Positions 19,680-29,256 of a DNA stretch of 64,000 nucleotides are shown here, in pieces (positions within the stretch are counted from its first letter, which is position 1; every line of letters starts with the position of its first letter). Source of the stretch: an uncultured Candidatus Saccharibacteria bacterium (GTDB lineage Bacteria > Patescibacteriota > Minisyncoccia > UBA6257 > WO2-44-18); NCBI GenBank assembly GCA_964637575.1, contig CAZWVU010000002.1, positions 18,824-82,823 on the forward strand, read 5' to 3'. The notes under the pieces are model-generated. The model saw only the letters and a list, made by a program, of their open reading frames with translations. It was not told the DNA's origin and did not search any database. The position numbers and the translations under genes were made by a program.

Positions 19680-20099
19680 TCAGATCGATGAAAGAATTCT
19701 CTTCAGAGTTTCCAAGAGCGAAAATTCCTTTTGGGGGTTCGGGATCATCTGCTTTTTGATTTTTTCCAGCCGAGGCTGGTCAATTGCCTCAAAGAGCTCC
19801 CCTGCCCGGTACGTAGTTTCAAAGACCAGTGGCCCGGCGCACACGCCATACCGAAGCATCGATTCAGATATGGTGCTCGCGTCGCACACATTGATCCGGT
19901 ATGTGAAGTGCTTTTCTGTTCCGATCCATTTTTCAAATTCCTGCCAGACGGTCACGCCGAAACGCTGTCCGCCGGCGTTGAAAGTGCTCATGAAGCAGAT
20001 GCCAACTCCGCCTCCGAACGTCCACTTCGTGCGCCTTCGCCGCGCAATGATACGGTCAACGATCTGCTTCTGCAGGGCCTCCTCGCATCCGGTCGTCAT
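19680..20099 (-). CDS. Orphan hypothetical protein
   Basis: 139-aa ORF, SD AAGGA, co-oriented with the previous gene. Confidence 0.6.
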   Translation of the reverse strand: MTTGCEEALQKQIVDRIIARRRRTKWTFGGGVGICFMSTFNAGGQRFGVTVWQEFEKWIGTEKHFTYRINVCDASTISESMLRYGVCAGPLVFETTYRAGELFEAIDQPRLEKIKKQMIPNPQKEFSLLETLKRILSSI

Positions 20100-20137
20100 T
20101 CTTTCTTCCTTAAAGAGCTGGTAGAATAGTAAGCAAT

Positions 20138-21394
20138 ATGAAGCGTCGGGTCAACCAGGTGTATTTCATCGGCATTGGCGGGATCGGGATGTCCGCGCTG
20201 GCGCGGTACTTTTTATCCGAGGGTTGGAAGGTTTCCGGATCCGATATTGCCCGCTCCTCTACCACTGACGAACTCAAAAAAGAAGGCGTGGCGATTTACA
20301 TTGGCAAACAATCTGCAAACAATCTCCGGAGGAGCCATCCGTCGCTGGTGGTCTATAATAATGCGATCCAGAAAGATAATCCGGAGTTTACCGAAGCGAA
20401 AAAACTTGGCGTCGCGCTCCGCTCCTACCCGGAAGTTGTCGGCGAGCTGACCAAGAAGTATAAAACGATCGCGCTTGCCGGTTCACACGGTAAAAGCACC
20501 ACCACGGCCATGACCGCACTTATTTTAATGGAGGCCGGTTATGACCCAACCGTCATCATTGGCACAAAACTCAAAGAACTCGGCGGCAAGAACTTCCGGA
20601 GGGGTCGGCTGGGTTGGCTGGTCCTGGAAGCTGACGAATGGAAGGCGGCATTCCTTAACTACTCTCCTTATGTTGCGACCATCACCAATATCGATAAAGA
20701 GCACCTGGATTTTTATAAGAATTTCGCCAACGTCAAAAAAACTTTTGAGGAATTCAAAGCGCGGTGCGAGAAGGTTGTGGAACGGCCGAACAATCCGAAA
20801 CTGGCCGCCGAGATCCGGCGCATCTTGAAAATCCCCGGCGACCATAACGTTCTGAATGCGCTCAATGCCTACGCAGTGGCCGAATACGTCGGCATTTCGA
20901 AGCCGGTCATCTTAAAAGCGCTTTCAAAATATCAGGGCGCCTGGCGGCGGATGGAATACCGGGGCAAATTGAACATTAAAAATGTGAACCTTGAAATTGA
21001 CGTATTCGATGACTACGCCCACCATCCTTCCGAGGTCAGAGCCACGCTCGCCGCATTCAAACAGAAATGGCCCCGGCATCCGCTGATCTGCATATTTCAG
21101 GCACATCAGGCGCACCGACTCAAAGCGCTCTTTAAAGAGTTCAAGGACGCATTCCGGTCTGCCGATAAGGTCATTCTCTTTCCTACGTATATTGTTGCCG
21201 GCCGGGAACGGGAGTTGGATGCCACAAAGAATTCCGAAACGCTCTCAAACATTATCGGCGCGGACTATCTTCGCAATCCAAAGGATCTAAAAAAAGTAGT
21301 GGCCACGGCGATTGAAAGTTTCGGCAACCGGCCGGCAATTATCGTGATGATGGGCGCCGGGGACATTGTGAACTATACTGAATCATTACTCTAA
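20138..21394 (+). CDS. murC: UDP-N-acetylmuramate-L-alanine ligase
   Basis: GIGGIGMSALA, GSHGKSTTT, EADE, DDYAHHP, MGAGDI. Confidence 0.95.
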   Translation: MKRRVNQVYFIGIGGIGMSALARYFLSEGWKVSGSDIARSSTTDELKKEGVAIYIGKQSANNLRRSHPSLVVYNNAIQKDNPEFTEAKKLGVALRSYPEVVGELTKKYKTIALAGSHGKSTTTAMTALILMEAGYDPTVIIGTKLKELGGKNFRRGRLGWLVLEADEWKAAFLNYSPYVATITNIDKEHLDFYKNFANVKKTFEEFKARCEKVVERPNNPKLAAEIRRILKIPGDHNVLNALNAYAVAEYVGISKPVILKALSKYQGAWRRMEYRGKLNIKNVNLEIDVFDDYAHHPSEVRATLAAFKQKWPRHPLICIFQAHQAHRLKALFKEFKDAFRSADKVILFPTYIVAGRERELDATKNSETLSNIIGADYLRNPKDLKKVVATAIESFGNRPAIIVMMGAGDIVNYTESLL

Positions 21395-22176
21395 TGTTTG
21401 ATTTTAAGAACGCCGAAGAGTTCATTGAAAAGTGCGGCTATGTCATTGACGGCATTTGGTATCCGCGCGTCACAAAAATCGTGGAAATAAAGTCCAAGCC
21501 GGCGCTCTACCGCTACTATGGCGACGCGCCAAGCTATGCCAAGGCGCAGGCAATGACCGAGCAGTCCGCCAAAGAAGGCACGATGGTACACGAAGCGGTT
21601 GAGGCAATCCTGGTCGGCAAGGATCCCGTGGTGGATCCCCTGATCGCTCCCGCTGTGGAAGCCTTCCGGAAATTCCTTGAAACTAACAGCGTAGTGGTGG
21701 AACCCGCCCATGTGGAAAAACGCATCTGGAATCCGGTGCACCGCTACGCCGGCACCATCGACACACTGGCGCTCATTGACGGCAAATTCGGCGTCCTGGA
21801 TATCAAGACTTCCGCCGGCATTTACCGCGACTATAATCTTCAGCTTTCCGCGTATATGGACGCGTTGACGCGCGATCCGGTGATGGCCGGGCTTTCCACC
21901 CGCTGGATTCTCCGGATAGACCAGAACCAGACCTGCGTGCGCTGCGCGGCTACCATGCGCAGCAAAGGCGGCCGGGAAAAGATCAAGCGTCCGTATCGCA
22001 GCAATGGAACGAAAGTGTGTCCCGAAGACGGGCACGAATGGGGGCCGATGAAAGGAATCATTGAGATAAAAGAGTTCCCCTACTGGCAGCAGGACTTTGA
22101 GGCCTTTCTTGGCGCTAAAAAACTCTGGGAATGGGAGCAGGAGTATTGGCTTAAGAAGATAGGCTATCTAAAATAG
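21394..22176 (+). CDS. PD-(D/E)xK nuclease (phage exonuclease/Cas4-like) with a Cys/His cluster
   Basis: YPRVT, GTMVH, YAGTID...LDIKTS...QLSAY. Confidence 0.8.
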   Translation: MFDFKNAEEFIEKCGYVIDGIWYPRVTKIVEIKSKPALYRYYGDAPSYAKAQAMTEQSAKEGTMVHEAVEAILVGKDPVVDPLIAPAVEAFRKFLETNSVVVEPAHVEKRIWNPVHRYAGTIDTLALIDGKFGVLDIKTSAGIYRDYNLQLSAYMDALTRDPVMAGLSTRWILRIDQNQTCVRCAATMRSKGGREKIKRPYRSNGTKVCPEDGHEWGPMKGIIEIKEFPYWQQDFEAFLGAKKLWEWEQEYWLKKIGYLK

Positions 22177-22213
22177 TTCGGGCGTTGGAATAAAAAACCG
22201 CCAGCAATGGCGG

Positions 22214-22639
22214 TTATGCGCTTTGTTTTTCTCCAAGCGTCGGGGCGATTTCTTCCACCCAGCGGGTAATGGCCTTCCGTTCGCCAAGCGAACCGATGGA
22301 TCCCCAGGACTTGCGCCATTCCGGCTCGATCCCTTTTTCCACGAACATACGGGAAAGAACGTTCAGGCGGTCAATCAGCGCGTCGTGCGCAATCTTGCGC
22401 AAATGATCTGATTCTTCAGCTTCCTGCGGGCCCAGACGCTCACCTTCCGGTTTCTGCCGGTGCGCCTGCGACTGTACTCTTTCGAAATAGTTTTTCACCG
22501 ACTGCAGCATGTCGTTATACGCTTCCTGCAGCTGCGGGTCGCTTTTGACTCCTTTTTCAATTCTGTCCAGAATCCGGAACGCTTCGGAACGCTCTTCTTC
22601 TTCGCGCTTTTCCATCATCCTCTCCATCATTAGCGACAT
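22214..22639 (-). CDS. Helical-bundle hypothetical (DUF3232-like)
   Basis: D..RK.AHDALI..LN.LSR motif recalled from DUF3232. Confidence 0.55.
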   Translation of the reverse strand: MSLMMERMMEKREEEERSEAFRILDRIEKGVKSDPQLQEAYNDMLQSVKNYFERVQSQAHRQKPEGERLGPQEAEESDHLRKIAHDALIDRLNVLSRMFVEKGIEPEWRKSWGSIGSLGERKAITRWVEEIAPTLGEKQSA

Positions 22640-22674
22640 GGGATAGATTAATAAAAACTTATTGTTTAGTCAAG

Positions 22675-25014
22675 TTAGCCGCGGAGGCGCTTGAGAATAT
22701 CCGCCTCGACTTCCTGGCGGTTGCGGCCATAGATCTGCCGGGACTGCTCTTTTAATTTCGATGCGAGTCCCTCGATAAACCGCGGCGAGCGCAATATCAA
22801 TTTCATGTTAAATGGCCGCGAAGTCTGGCCGTTGATCAGCAACTTCACTAGCGCGTTCAGATTGTCGATATTCACGAGATCATTCTCGGTGAACACCGGC
22901 TCAAACTGTTTGATAAGAAATTTCGCATCGTCGGCGCCCACCCGGAAGACGACCTGTGAGCCGACGTTACCGAAGACCGCGTCGCGGATTTTTTCAGCAA
23001 GTTGGGCGATGAACTGATGCGCCACCACCAGATTGAGCCGGTATTTGCGCGCCTCGGAAAGGATCGTCGCAATCGAATCGGTCGTGAAATTCTGGAACTC
23101 ATCGATGTATAGATTAAAATCCTTGCGCTGTTCCTGGGGGACGTCCACCCGTGACAGCGCGGCAAGCAAAACTTTCCCTACTACTACCATCCCGAGAAGT
23201 CCCGCATTGATATCCCCTATTTTGCCCTTGGAAAGGTTTACCAAAAGAATTTTCCCCTCGTCCATGATAGTCCGGAAATTCAACGAGGAGATAGGTTGGC
23301 CGATAATCGGGCGCATGTAATCGTTGGCGATAAAGTTGTTGAACTTGGAGGTGATGTACGGCGTCATATTGGCGAGCGAAGCGTCACCGCCGGCTTTGGC
23401 TGCCTCCTTGCTCCAAAAGTCGATCACGGTCGGGTTGGTCGCCTTTTCCAGCAAGCGCTTCCGGAATTCTGGATCGGTAAAGATTCGCGGCACCTCCATG
23501 AGCGTGGCGCGTTCGCCGGCATCATCCATTAACAGCAAAAGCGCGTTCCGCATGTACTGCTCAAACATCGGCCCCATGGTTTCGGCCGTAAAAAGTTTAT
23601 TAAAAATGCTTTGCATTTCGTTCACGATGAACGTCTTCTGTTCCGGCCGGGCTGGATCGTATTCCAGCATGTTCAGCCCGAACGGTTTCTCGATGTCTCC
23701 CGGGTCAAACACGATCACATCCTTGAACCGGTCCGCGGGAATATTGCCCAGCACCTCCTCGATGAGCTCTCCATGCGGATCCACTACCGCCGCGCCTTTA
23801 CCGCTTTTAATATCCGAAATAACCATATTGGAAAGCAAGGTGGATTTACCGGTGCCGGTCTGTCCGACTATATACACATGCCTCCGGCGGTCGTCGTCGG
23901 TAATATACACCGGCTTGGTTTCGCCGCGGAATGAGCTCTCTCCTATCAGGGTGCCGCTTGCCGGTAACACCGTCGGCGGCGGGGCTTCATGGGCCTTCAC
24001 CCATTTGATTTTGGGTATTTCCGTGCCGGCGGTGGGAAGATGCCAGATTCCGGCAAGCTCGTCAGCTCCGAGAATCATGGATTGCGCCGGGTCGAACTCC
24101 CGGAATACATACTGAAAGATCAGCTTTTGCGGGTTCTTCGCCTCCACCACCTTGAATTCATTATGGCCGGGTGCGGTGAACTGATTGAAGGAGCCGGTGA
24201 GATTATACAACAATTCTTCCGCGCGGTACGGCGACACAGCTGAGCTCACGAGACGGATATTCACATCAAATAACGGCTTGGAAGCTTTCTGGGTGAGAAG
24301 TTTGGCCGCCTCTTCATCAACGATCACCGGCTCCATGGATTCTCCCGGCTTAGGCTTTTTCGGCGAGAACTGCTTTCCTGCCAGCGCGTCCATCAGCTTC
24401 GCGCCGCGCTTCAGATTATAGATAATCTTCGCGATGTTTTTCCCCGTTGAAGGCTGGGCCGGTTTCGCAGTGATCTGCAACGAGAGTCCTTCACCCGTTT
24501 GCTCCACTTTAGAGAAGTTGTTAAGGATCGGCAGAAAGGTGTCTATGCCCGCCTCGATGCATGACCGCACCGGCAGGGCGTAATGCAGTTTTTGTTTTAA
24601 AAACGCCGCCCGCGACGCTCCTTCCGAATTGAATATGGTGTAGTCCTCGGCCGGCGTTACCTGCGCGTCGTGCCACAATCCCTGGATCTGCCGCGCCGCA
24701 AAATCGAGCGCGGTTTCCGGGACCGCCAGGTAAAAATGAATGTCCTCGCCAACGTTATGCACCGAGACTTCCAGTGAAAAGGGAATTTTCAGATTGGAAA
24801 GCAGGCCAAAAAGCTGGCTTGAAAAATTAATCTCTTCCAGTGGTTTTTGCTCGGCGGCCGGTTTTTGGGAAAGACGGATGGAAAGGAGCTTCAGTTTCAA
24901 GAGATTCGCAAACCGCCGGCGGCTTCGGCTGACCGCAATAACAATACTCGCGACCGCCACCACTATCAACACCGGAACTCCGAATGAAACGGCAAGCGCA
25001 ATGATATTCTGCAT
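22675..25014 (-). CDS. VirB4/VirD4/HerA-like P-loop ATPase with N-terminal TM (CPR T4SS-like ATPase)
   Basis: GQTGTGKS, DPHGE, LYIDEFQNF, SEARKYRL, AHQ, GNVG. Confidence 0.9.
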   Translation of the reverse strand: MQNIIALAVSFGVPVLIVVAVASIVIAVSRSRRRFANLLKLKLLSIRLSQKPAAEQKPLEEINFSSQLFGLLSNLKIPFSLEVSVHNVGEDIHFYLAVPETALDFAARQIQGLWHDAQVTPAEDYTIFNSEGASRAAFLKQKLHYALPVRSCIEAGIDTFLPILNNFSKVEQTGEGLSLQITAKPAQPSTGKNIAKIIYNLKRGAKLMDALAGKQFSPKKPKPGESMEPVIVDEEAAKLLTQKASKPLFDVNIRLVSSAVSPYRAEELLYNLTGSFNQFTAPGHNEFKVVEAKNPQKLIFQYVFREFDPAQSMILGADELAGIWHLPTAGTEIPKIKWVKAHEAPPPTVLPASGTLIGESSFRGETKPVYITDDDRRRHVYIVGQTGTGKSTLLSNMVISDIKSGKGAAVVDPHGELIEEVLGNIPADRFKDVIVFDPGDIEKPFGLNMLEYDPARPEQKTFIVNEMQSIFNKLFTAETMGPMFEQYMRNALLLLMDDAGERATLMEVPRIFTDPEFRKRLLEKATNPTVIDFWSKEAAKAGGDASLANMTPYITSKFNNFIANDYMRPIIGQPISSLNFRTIMDEGKILLVNLSKGKIGDINAGLLGMVVVGKVLLAALSRVDVPQEQRKDFNLYIDEFQNFTTDSIATILSEARKYRLNLVVAHQFIAQLAEKIRDAVFGNVGSQVVFRVGADDAKFLIKQFEPVFTENDLVNIDNLNALVKLLINGQTSRPFNMKLILRSPRFIEGLASKLKEQSRQIYGRNRQEVEADILKRLRG

Positions 25015-25398
25015 TTATTGTAATAACCCTCGCGTTTTCAATTCCGCATAAAGCTTGTCGGTAAGCGCGTCATGAAAGGCGTCCATTTCTATCGGACTCA
25101 TCTTCCGTGCCTCGTCCGCCGCACGCTTGATGCCGTGATGAAGTGCGAGATCCAGAAGTTTTTCTACTTTCATTTTTATCTGGGGAGACTCCTTGGCAAA
25201 GTATCCCGGGAGATGAGAGGCGTCGTCTGACGCGGGAGCGCCCGGCGCGGGAACCGGGGCAGAAGACACGGGAAACTTCTCCTGAATCAGGGTTTTGACC
25301 GCCTGCTTCCCCTTCTCCGCCAATCCCCGCTCTTTGATTTCCAGGGAGAGGTTTTTAATCTCCTGCTCCAGTGTGGAATGCTCGAATGACTGTTTCAT
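25015..25398 (-). CDS. Conserved hypothetical upstream of the ATPase
   Basis: Start refined to MKQSFEH; C-terminal MDAFHDAL motif; stop abuts the ATPase start. Confidence 0.7.
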   Translation of the reverse strand: MKQSFEHSTLEQEIKNLSLEIKERGLAEKGKQAVKTLIQEKFPVSSAPVPAPGAPASDDASHLPGYFAKESPQIKMKVEKLLDLALHHGIKRAADEARKMSPIEMDAFHDALTDKLYAELKTRGLLQ

Positions 25399-25413
25399 AA
25401 TATACTGTATGCA

Positions 25414-26898
25414 ATGGCTAAAAAATATTTCAGCGGTGTCAATTACTGGCTGCTGATTATCATAATTATAGCAACCTTCCTCCGCTTCTACCAAATAACG
25501 GTTATTCCGCCTGGTTTGTACCCGGATGAAGCAATGAATGGGAATAATGCGCTGGAGGCGTTGAGCACAAGAGATTTCAAGGTTTTTTACCCGGAAAATA
25601 ACGGTCGCGAGGGACTTTTGATCAATATGCAGGCAATCCTGATGGGCGCTTTGCACCGGCTTAACCTGGTCAGCCCCGTGAATCAGCCGTGGGTACTGCG
25701 CCTGCCCAGCGCCTTTTTCGGCGTGCTTACTATAGTGGGCCTCTATTTTCTGACGCGGGAACTTTCCGGAAGTAAAAAACTGGCGCTGTTCGCCGCGTTT
25801 CTTATGGCGACGGGATTCTGGCATATTAATTTTTCCCGCATCGGCTTCCGGGCGATCCTCTCGCCGTTTTTCCTTGTCTGGACGGTGTATCTCTTGTTGC
25901 TTTCATACCAGAAACTTTCCGAAGGCAGGCGAAGACTTGGAGTCGCGCTTCCGCTTCTCGCGGGCGCGCTCTATGGCCTCGGCTTCTATACCTATATTGC
26001 CTACAGGGCGACGCCAATCCTTCTCGCGATCTTCATTCTGGCCTGGCTGAAAAAATTCCGCGGCACCAAAGAAAAATTGCGAGATTTTTGGCATGCGACC
26101 GGTCACTTTCTCTTTGCCGCCATCCTGGTAGCGCTTCCCATCGGCATATACTTCCTTCATCACCCCTCCGACTTCTTCGGACGTAGCAGTGAAATTTCCA
26201 TCTTTAATTCCGCCACCCCGCTTCAGGATCTGGGACTGAACATCCTGAAAACGCTTGGGCAGTTCAATATTTCCGGCGATGGAAATTGGCGGCACAATAT
26301 CGCCGGCCAACCCCTCCTTTTTTGGCCGGTAGGAATTATGTTTCTTGTGGGATTCGCGGTGGCTATTAAAAGATTCCGCTTCCCGGTATGGTGGTTTCTT
26401 ATTGCCGGCCTGCCCGTCGTAATTTCCGACGAAGGGATTCCTCACGCGCTCCGCTCTATTCTCATGGCGCCGGCGGTGTATATGCTTGCCGCAATTGGCG
26501 GACTCTGGCTCTACGAACTGATGCGCGCGAGCAAAATCTTCAGAAGCCCCATGATGCTGATAATGTTTGTTGCCGCCCTTCTCGGCCTGCTGACCCTTGA
26601 GGCGTATGCCAGCTACTTCATTATCTGGGGACACAACAAAGAAGTGCAGGGCGCTTTCGCGCAGAATTACGTGGATATCGCCCGGGATCTCAACGCTATT
26701 CCCCACGCGGTTCCGAAGTACGTCATGGTGCAGGCCGGCGGCGTGGCCGTGCGCGGCATCCCCGTGCCCGCGCAGACCGTAATGTTTCTCACCAATACCT
26801 TCCTCCCCGCCAACCAGCAGGCCAAGAATATTCATTACGTTTTGCCGACTGATTCCATACTCATTCCGCCGCGTTCCTACGTTGCAGTCATCAAATAA
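25414..26898 (+). CDS. ArnT/PMT-like (GT-C) membrane glycosyltransferase
   Basis: PPGLYPDEA, RLPSAFFG, WHINFSRIGFR; many TMs. Confidence 0.85.
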   Translation: MAKKYFSGVNYWLLIIIIIATFLRFYQITVIPPGLYPDEAMNGNNALEALSTRDFKVFYPENNGREGLLINMQAILMGALHRLNLVSPVNQPWVLRLPSAFFGVLTIVGLYFLTRELSGSKKLALFAAFLMATGFWHINFSRIGFRAILSPFFLVWTVYLLLLSYQKLSEGRRRLGVALPLLAGALYGLGFYTYIAYRATPILLAIFILAWLKKFRGTKEKLRDFWHATGHFLFAAILVALPIGIYFLHHPSDFFGRSSEISIFNSATPLQDLGLNILKTLGQFNISGDGNWRHNIAGQPLLFWPVGIMFLVGFAVAIKRFRFPVWWFLIAGLPVVISDEGIPHALRSILMAPAVYMLAAIGGLWLYELMRASKIFRSPMMLIMFVAALLGLLTLEAYASYFIIWGHNKEVQGAFAQNYVDIARDLNAIPHAVPKYVMVQAGGVAVRGIPVPAQTVMFLTNTFLPANQQAKNIHYVLPTDSILIPPRSYVAVIK

Positions 26899-26936
26899 CC
26901 TGATAAGATAAGTTTAGCACTTAAGGAGAAGACTGG

Positions 26937-27341
26937 ATGAACGAACATCTGGCGTGGCAGCTTGCGATCACGCGTCCGTTGATCATGTTGGCCGCGGTGG
27001 TTCTCGCCGGACTTTTACTGAACGGCGTAGCCGGGGTCTGGAAAAAAGACGCCGCGCAATATCAGAGCAAGGCCTGGTGGTCGGTTGTCTTCGTGCTTTT
27101 GGCGGGCGGACATATCGCCGCTTTCATGCATCACCACGATTTCCCGGACTGGGCGCTTAATGCAGCCTGGGGTTTCTGGGTGGGTATCATGAGCACCGGA
27201 CTCCTCTATATCGGCGCGTACCACTTCCTTCACGTGAAGCTTGTCCGCGCATATACGCTTCTCGCCTCCGTTCTCTTCGCTGTCGTCGCCAACGCAACGC
27301 CGCTGGAGAACATGATGATCGAGTGGATCAAGAAGCTTTAA
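26937..27341 (+). CDS. Orphan 4-TM membrane protein
   Basis: Hydrophobic ORF, SD AAGGAG. Confidence 0.7.
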   Translation: MNEHLAWQLAITRPLIMLAAVVLAGLLLNGVAGVWKKDAAQYQSKAWWSVVFVLLAGGHIAAFMHHHDFPDWALNAAWGFWVGIMSTGLLYIGAYHFLHVKLVRAYTLLASVLFAVVANATPLENMMIEWIKKL

Positions 27342-27374
27342 AAATAAAACCCCCGATTTTCGTCGGGGGATTTT

Positions 27375-28577
27375 TTATATGCTGAAATCTTCCAATGATT
27401 TTTGGAGCGATCCCAGTATTGCAAAACAGATGAACGCTGCTAGGAGCGCCTGAAGAATCGGAATGCCGAAAGGGATGAACGCGACGCTGCAGCCGACCAG
27501 CCAGGCGCACAGCGCGGGGATGCACACCCGCAGCCTGGAAAAATCAGCTTTCACAAAGTACTGATTGGCCAGCACCACGCCGATGATCGGCGAGAAAACC
27601 GTACCGAGGATCATCAGCCAGCTGTCCAGCTTGCCGACAATGCCGAGCATGGCCAGGAAAACCGATACCATCCCAAAGCCAATGGTGTAGGGTTTCCGTT
27701 TTATCTCCAGCGTCTGTTCCGTATCTTTGGGCAGAGCGGAAATAGCGGCGAAACCGGTACCCACCGGGAAGACCGCCTGGGCGCCGCAGAGATTGTCCAC
27801 GGTCAAAAGTGCATAGACCAGCACCGGGCCGCTCATCAGTTTCAGCGTCGCCAGCACATCGTAACTCTTGCCGGCGATCGCGAAGGCGGCTCCGAATCCG
27901 CCGACCAGAATGGCCGTCGGCACCATTCCCCAGAACGCGGCGAGGAACACTTTTTTCTTACTGCCGAGATCGTGGAGAAAGTCCGGGATCACCACCGCAG
28001 CGGAGATGAACGAGGCGATCAGTAGGTGTATGCCGGCGGGAAACCCGCCGCCCGCTTCGCTCTCCGGCTGATACGCCAGAAGACGCAGCGTGCCGACCTT
28101 TTTGAAGATCGCGCTCGCTCCCCAGAGCAGGAACAGGAGCATCGCCGGGATGGACACCCAGCTTAACTTCGCCATCCGTTTCAATCCACCTACCGCGAAC
28201 CACATGGTCAGGAGGCCATAGACGGCCAGCGTGACGTGGAAGGACGATGTGCCCTTCCGGAATCCGAGTACGGTCGCGAGCGCCGTGCCGCCGATCTCCA
28301 CCACCACCGCGTACCAGCCGATCTGTGAAAGCGTCGGCAGGAGCAGGATAAATTTCCCGCCGCCCGAACCGAATGCCTCACCAAACAAGACATCTTTTGG
28401 CTTTCCGCCGCCGGCGTAGAACGCGAAGATGATAGCAAATATGACATTCGCCACCGCGATCGCTCCCAGCGCTTCCGGGAACGTCAGCGTCTTCGTGAGC
28501 AATCCGCCGATGTAAAGATACCAGGCCGAGAAGATCCAAAACGAAAGCAAAACCGCCCTGCTCATCCAGCTTTTCAT
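27375..28577 (-). CDS. Cytosine/purine permease (NCS1, CodB-like)
   Basis: AFGSGG, QIGWYAV, IPDF, LGTVFSPIIGVVLA; about 12 TMs. Confidence 0.75.
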   Translation of the reverse strand: MKSWMSRAVLLSFWIFSAWYLYIGGLLTKTLTFPEALGAIAVANVIFAIIFAFYAGGGKPKDVLFGEAFGSGGGKFILLLPTLSQIGWYAVVVEIGGTALATVLGFRKGTSSFHVTLAVYGLLTMWFAVGGLKRMAKLSWVSIPAMLLFLLWGASAIFKKVGTLRLLAYQPESEAGGGFPAGIHLLIASFISAAVVIPDFLHDLGSKKKVFLAAFWGMVPTAILVGGFGAAFAIAGKSYDVLATLKLMSGPVLVYALLTVDNLCGAQAVFPVGTGFAAISALPKDTEQTLEIKRKPYTIGFGMVSVFLAMLGIVGKLDSWLMILGTVFSPIIGVVLANQYFVKADFSRLRVCIPALCAWLVGCSVAFIPFGIPILQALLAAFICFAILGSLQKSLEDFSI

Positions 28578-28651
28578 CCTTTGTCCTTTCAAAGCGAACT
28601 GCCTCCAAAATACCCCTTTTAAATAGCCCGGTCAATTGCTATCATCTTGTT

Positions 28652-29080
28652 ATGATTCGAATTGCGAAAGCGAAAGTTTCCGAATCACAGGAAGTCCGGC
28701 TGCTTGAAAAAAGAGTGTGGCGCGAAGAGGTCACGAATAAATATGACATTCCGATGCTTGTCCGTTTTGGCTACGCGTACGTGGCAAAAGATAACGGCAC
28801 AATTATCGGCGCCATATTGGGATTCGCGGCACAAAATCAGGAAGTGTACATTTGCGATCTGGTGATCGATCCGAACTACCGGCGAATGGGCGTCGGCGAG
28901 AAGCTTTATAAAAAGTTTCTGGCGCGCACCAAAGGAAGAAACATCGTTTCATTCATTGACCCGGATAATACCGCATCTATTGCGCTCAACCTGAAGCTTG
29001 GCGCGAAAATTGTCCGCAAAATAAAAAATCCCTACGATCTTGGCAGGGGTTACCAATTATTCGTCAGGTTAAAAAACTAA
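28652..29080 (+). CDS. GNAT acetyltransferase
   Basis: VIDPNYRRMGVG, N.ASIAL..KLG. Confidence 0.9.
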   Translation: MIRIAKAKVSESQEVRLLEKRVWREEVTNKYDIPMLVRFGYAYVAKDNGTIIGAILGFAAQNQEVYICDLVIDPNYRRMGVGEKLYKKFLARTKGRNIVSFIDPDNTASIALNLKLGAKIVRKIKNPYDLGRGYQLFVRLKN

Positions 29081-29180
29081 CCGCCGCTGCCGGCGGTTTT
29101 TATTTATATGATGGAAAATGCGAGGTTGCGTGTTTTGAGGGAATATCTCGGAGCTTTCTTCTTTTAAAAATAAGAGCGAA

Positions 29181-29246
29181 GTTTTCTGCTTCTTCCCGCA
29201 GACAGGATTGTAGCCCGACGTCCTGTCGAGGAGAAGAACAGAAGAC
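29181..29246 (-). repeat. Dispersed hairpin repeat family A, copy 2
   Basis: Reverse complement of the invariant apex; outer stem GTTTTCTG/CAGAAGAC. Confidence 0.9.
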
Positions 29247-29256
29247 GAGCGAATCC

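Noticed and set aside
21394-25014. Nuclease plus HerA-like ATPase as an anti-phage system
   Set aside because: The genes are on opposite strands, separated by another gene and a terminator, and each is coupled to a different neighbour.
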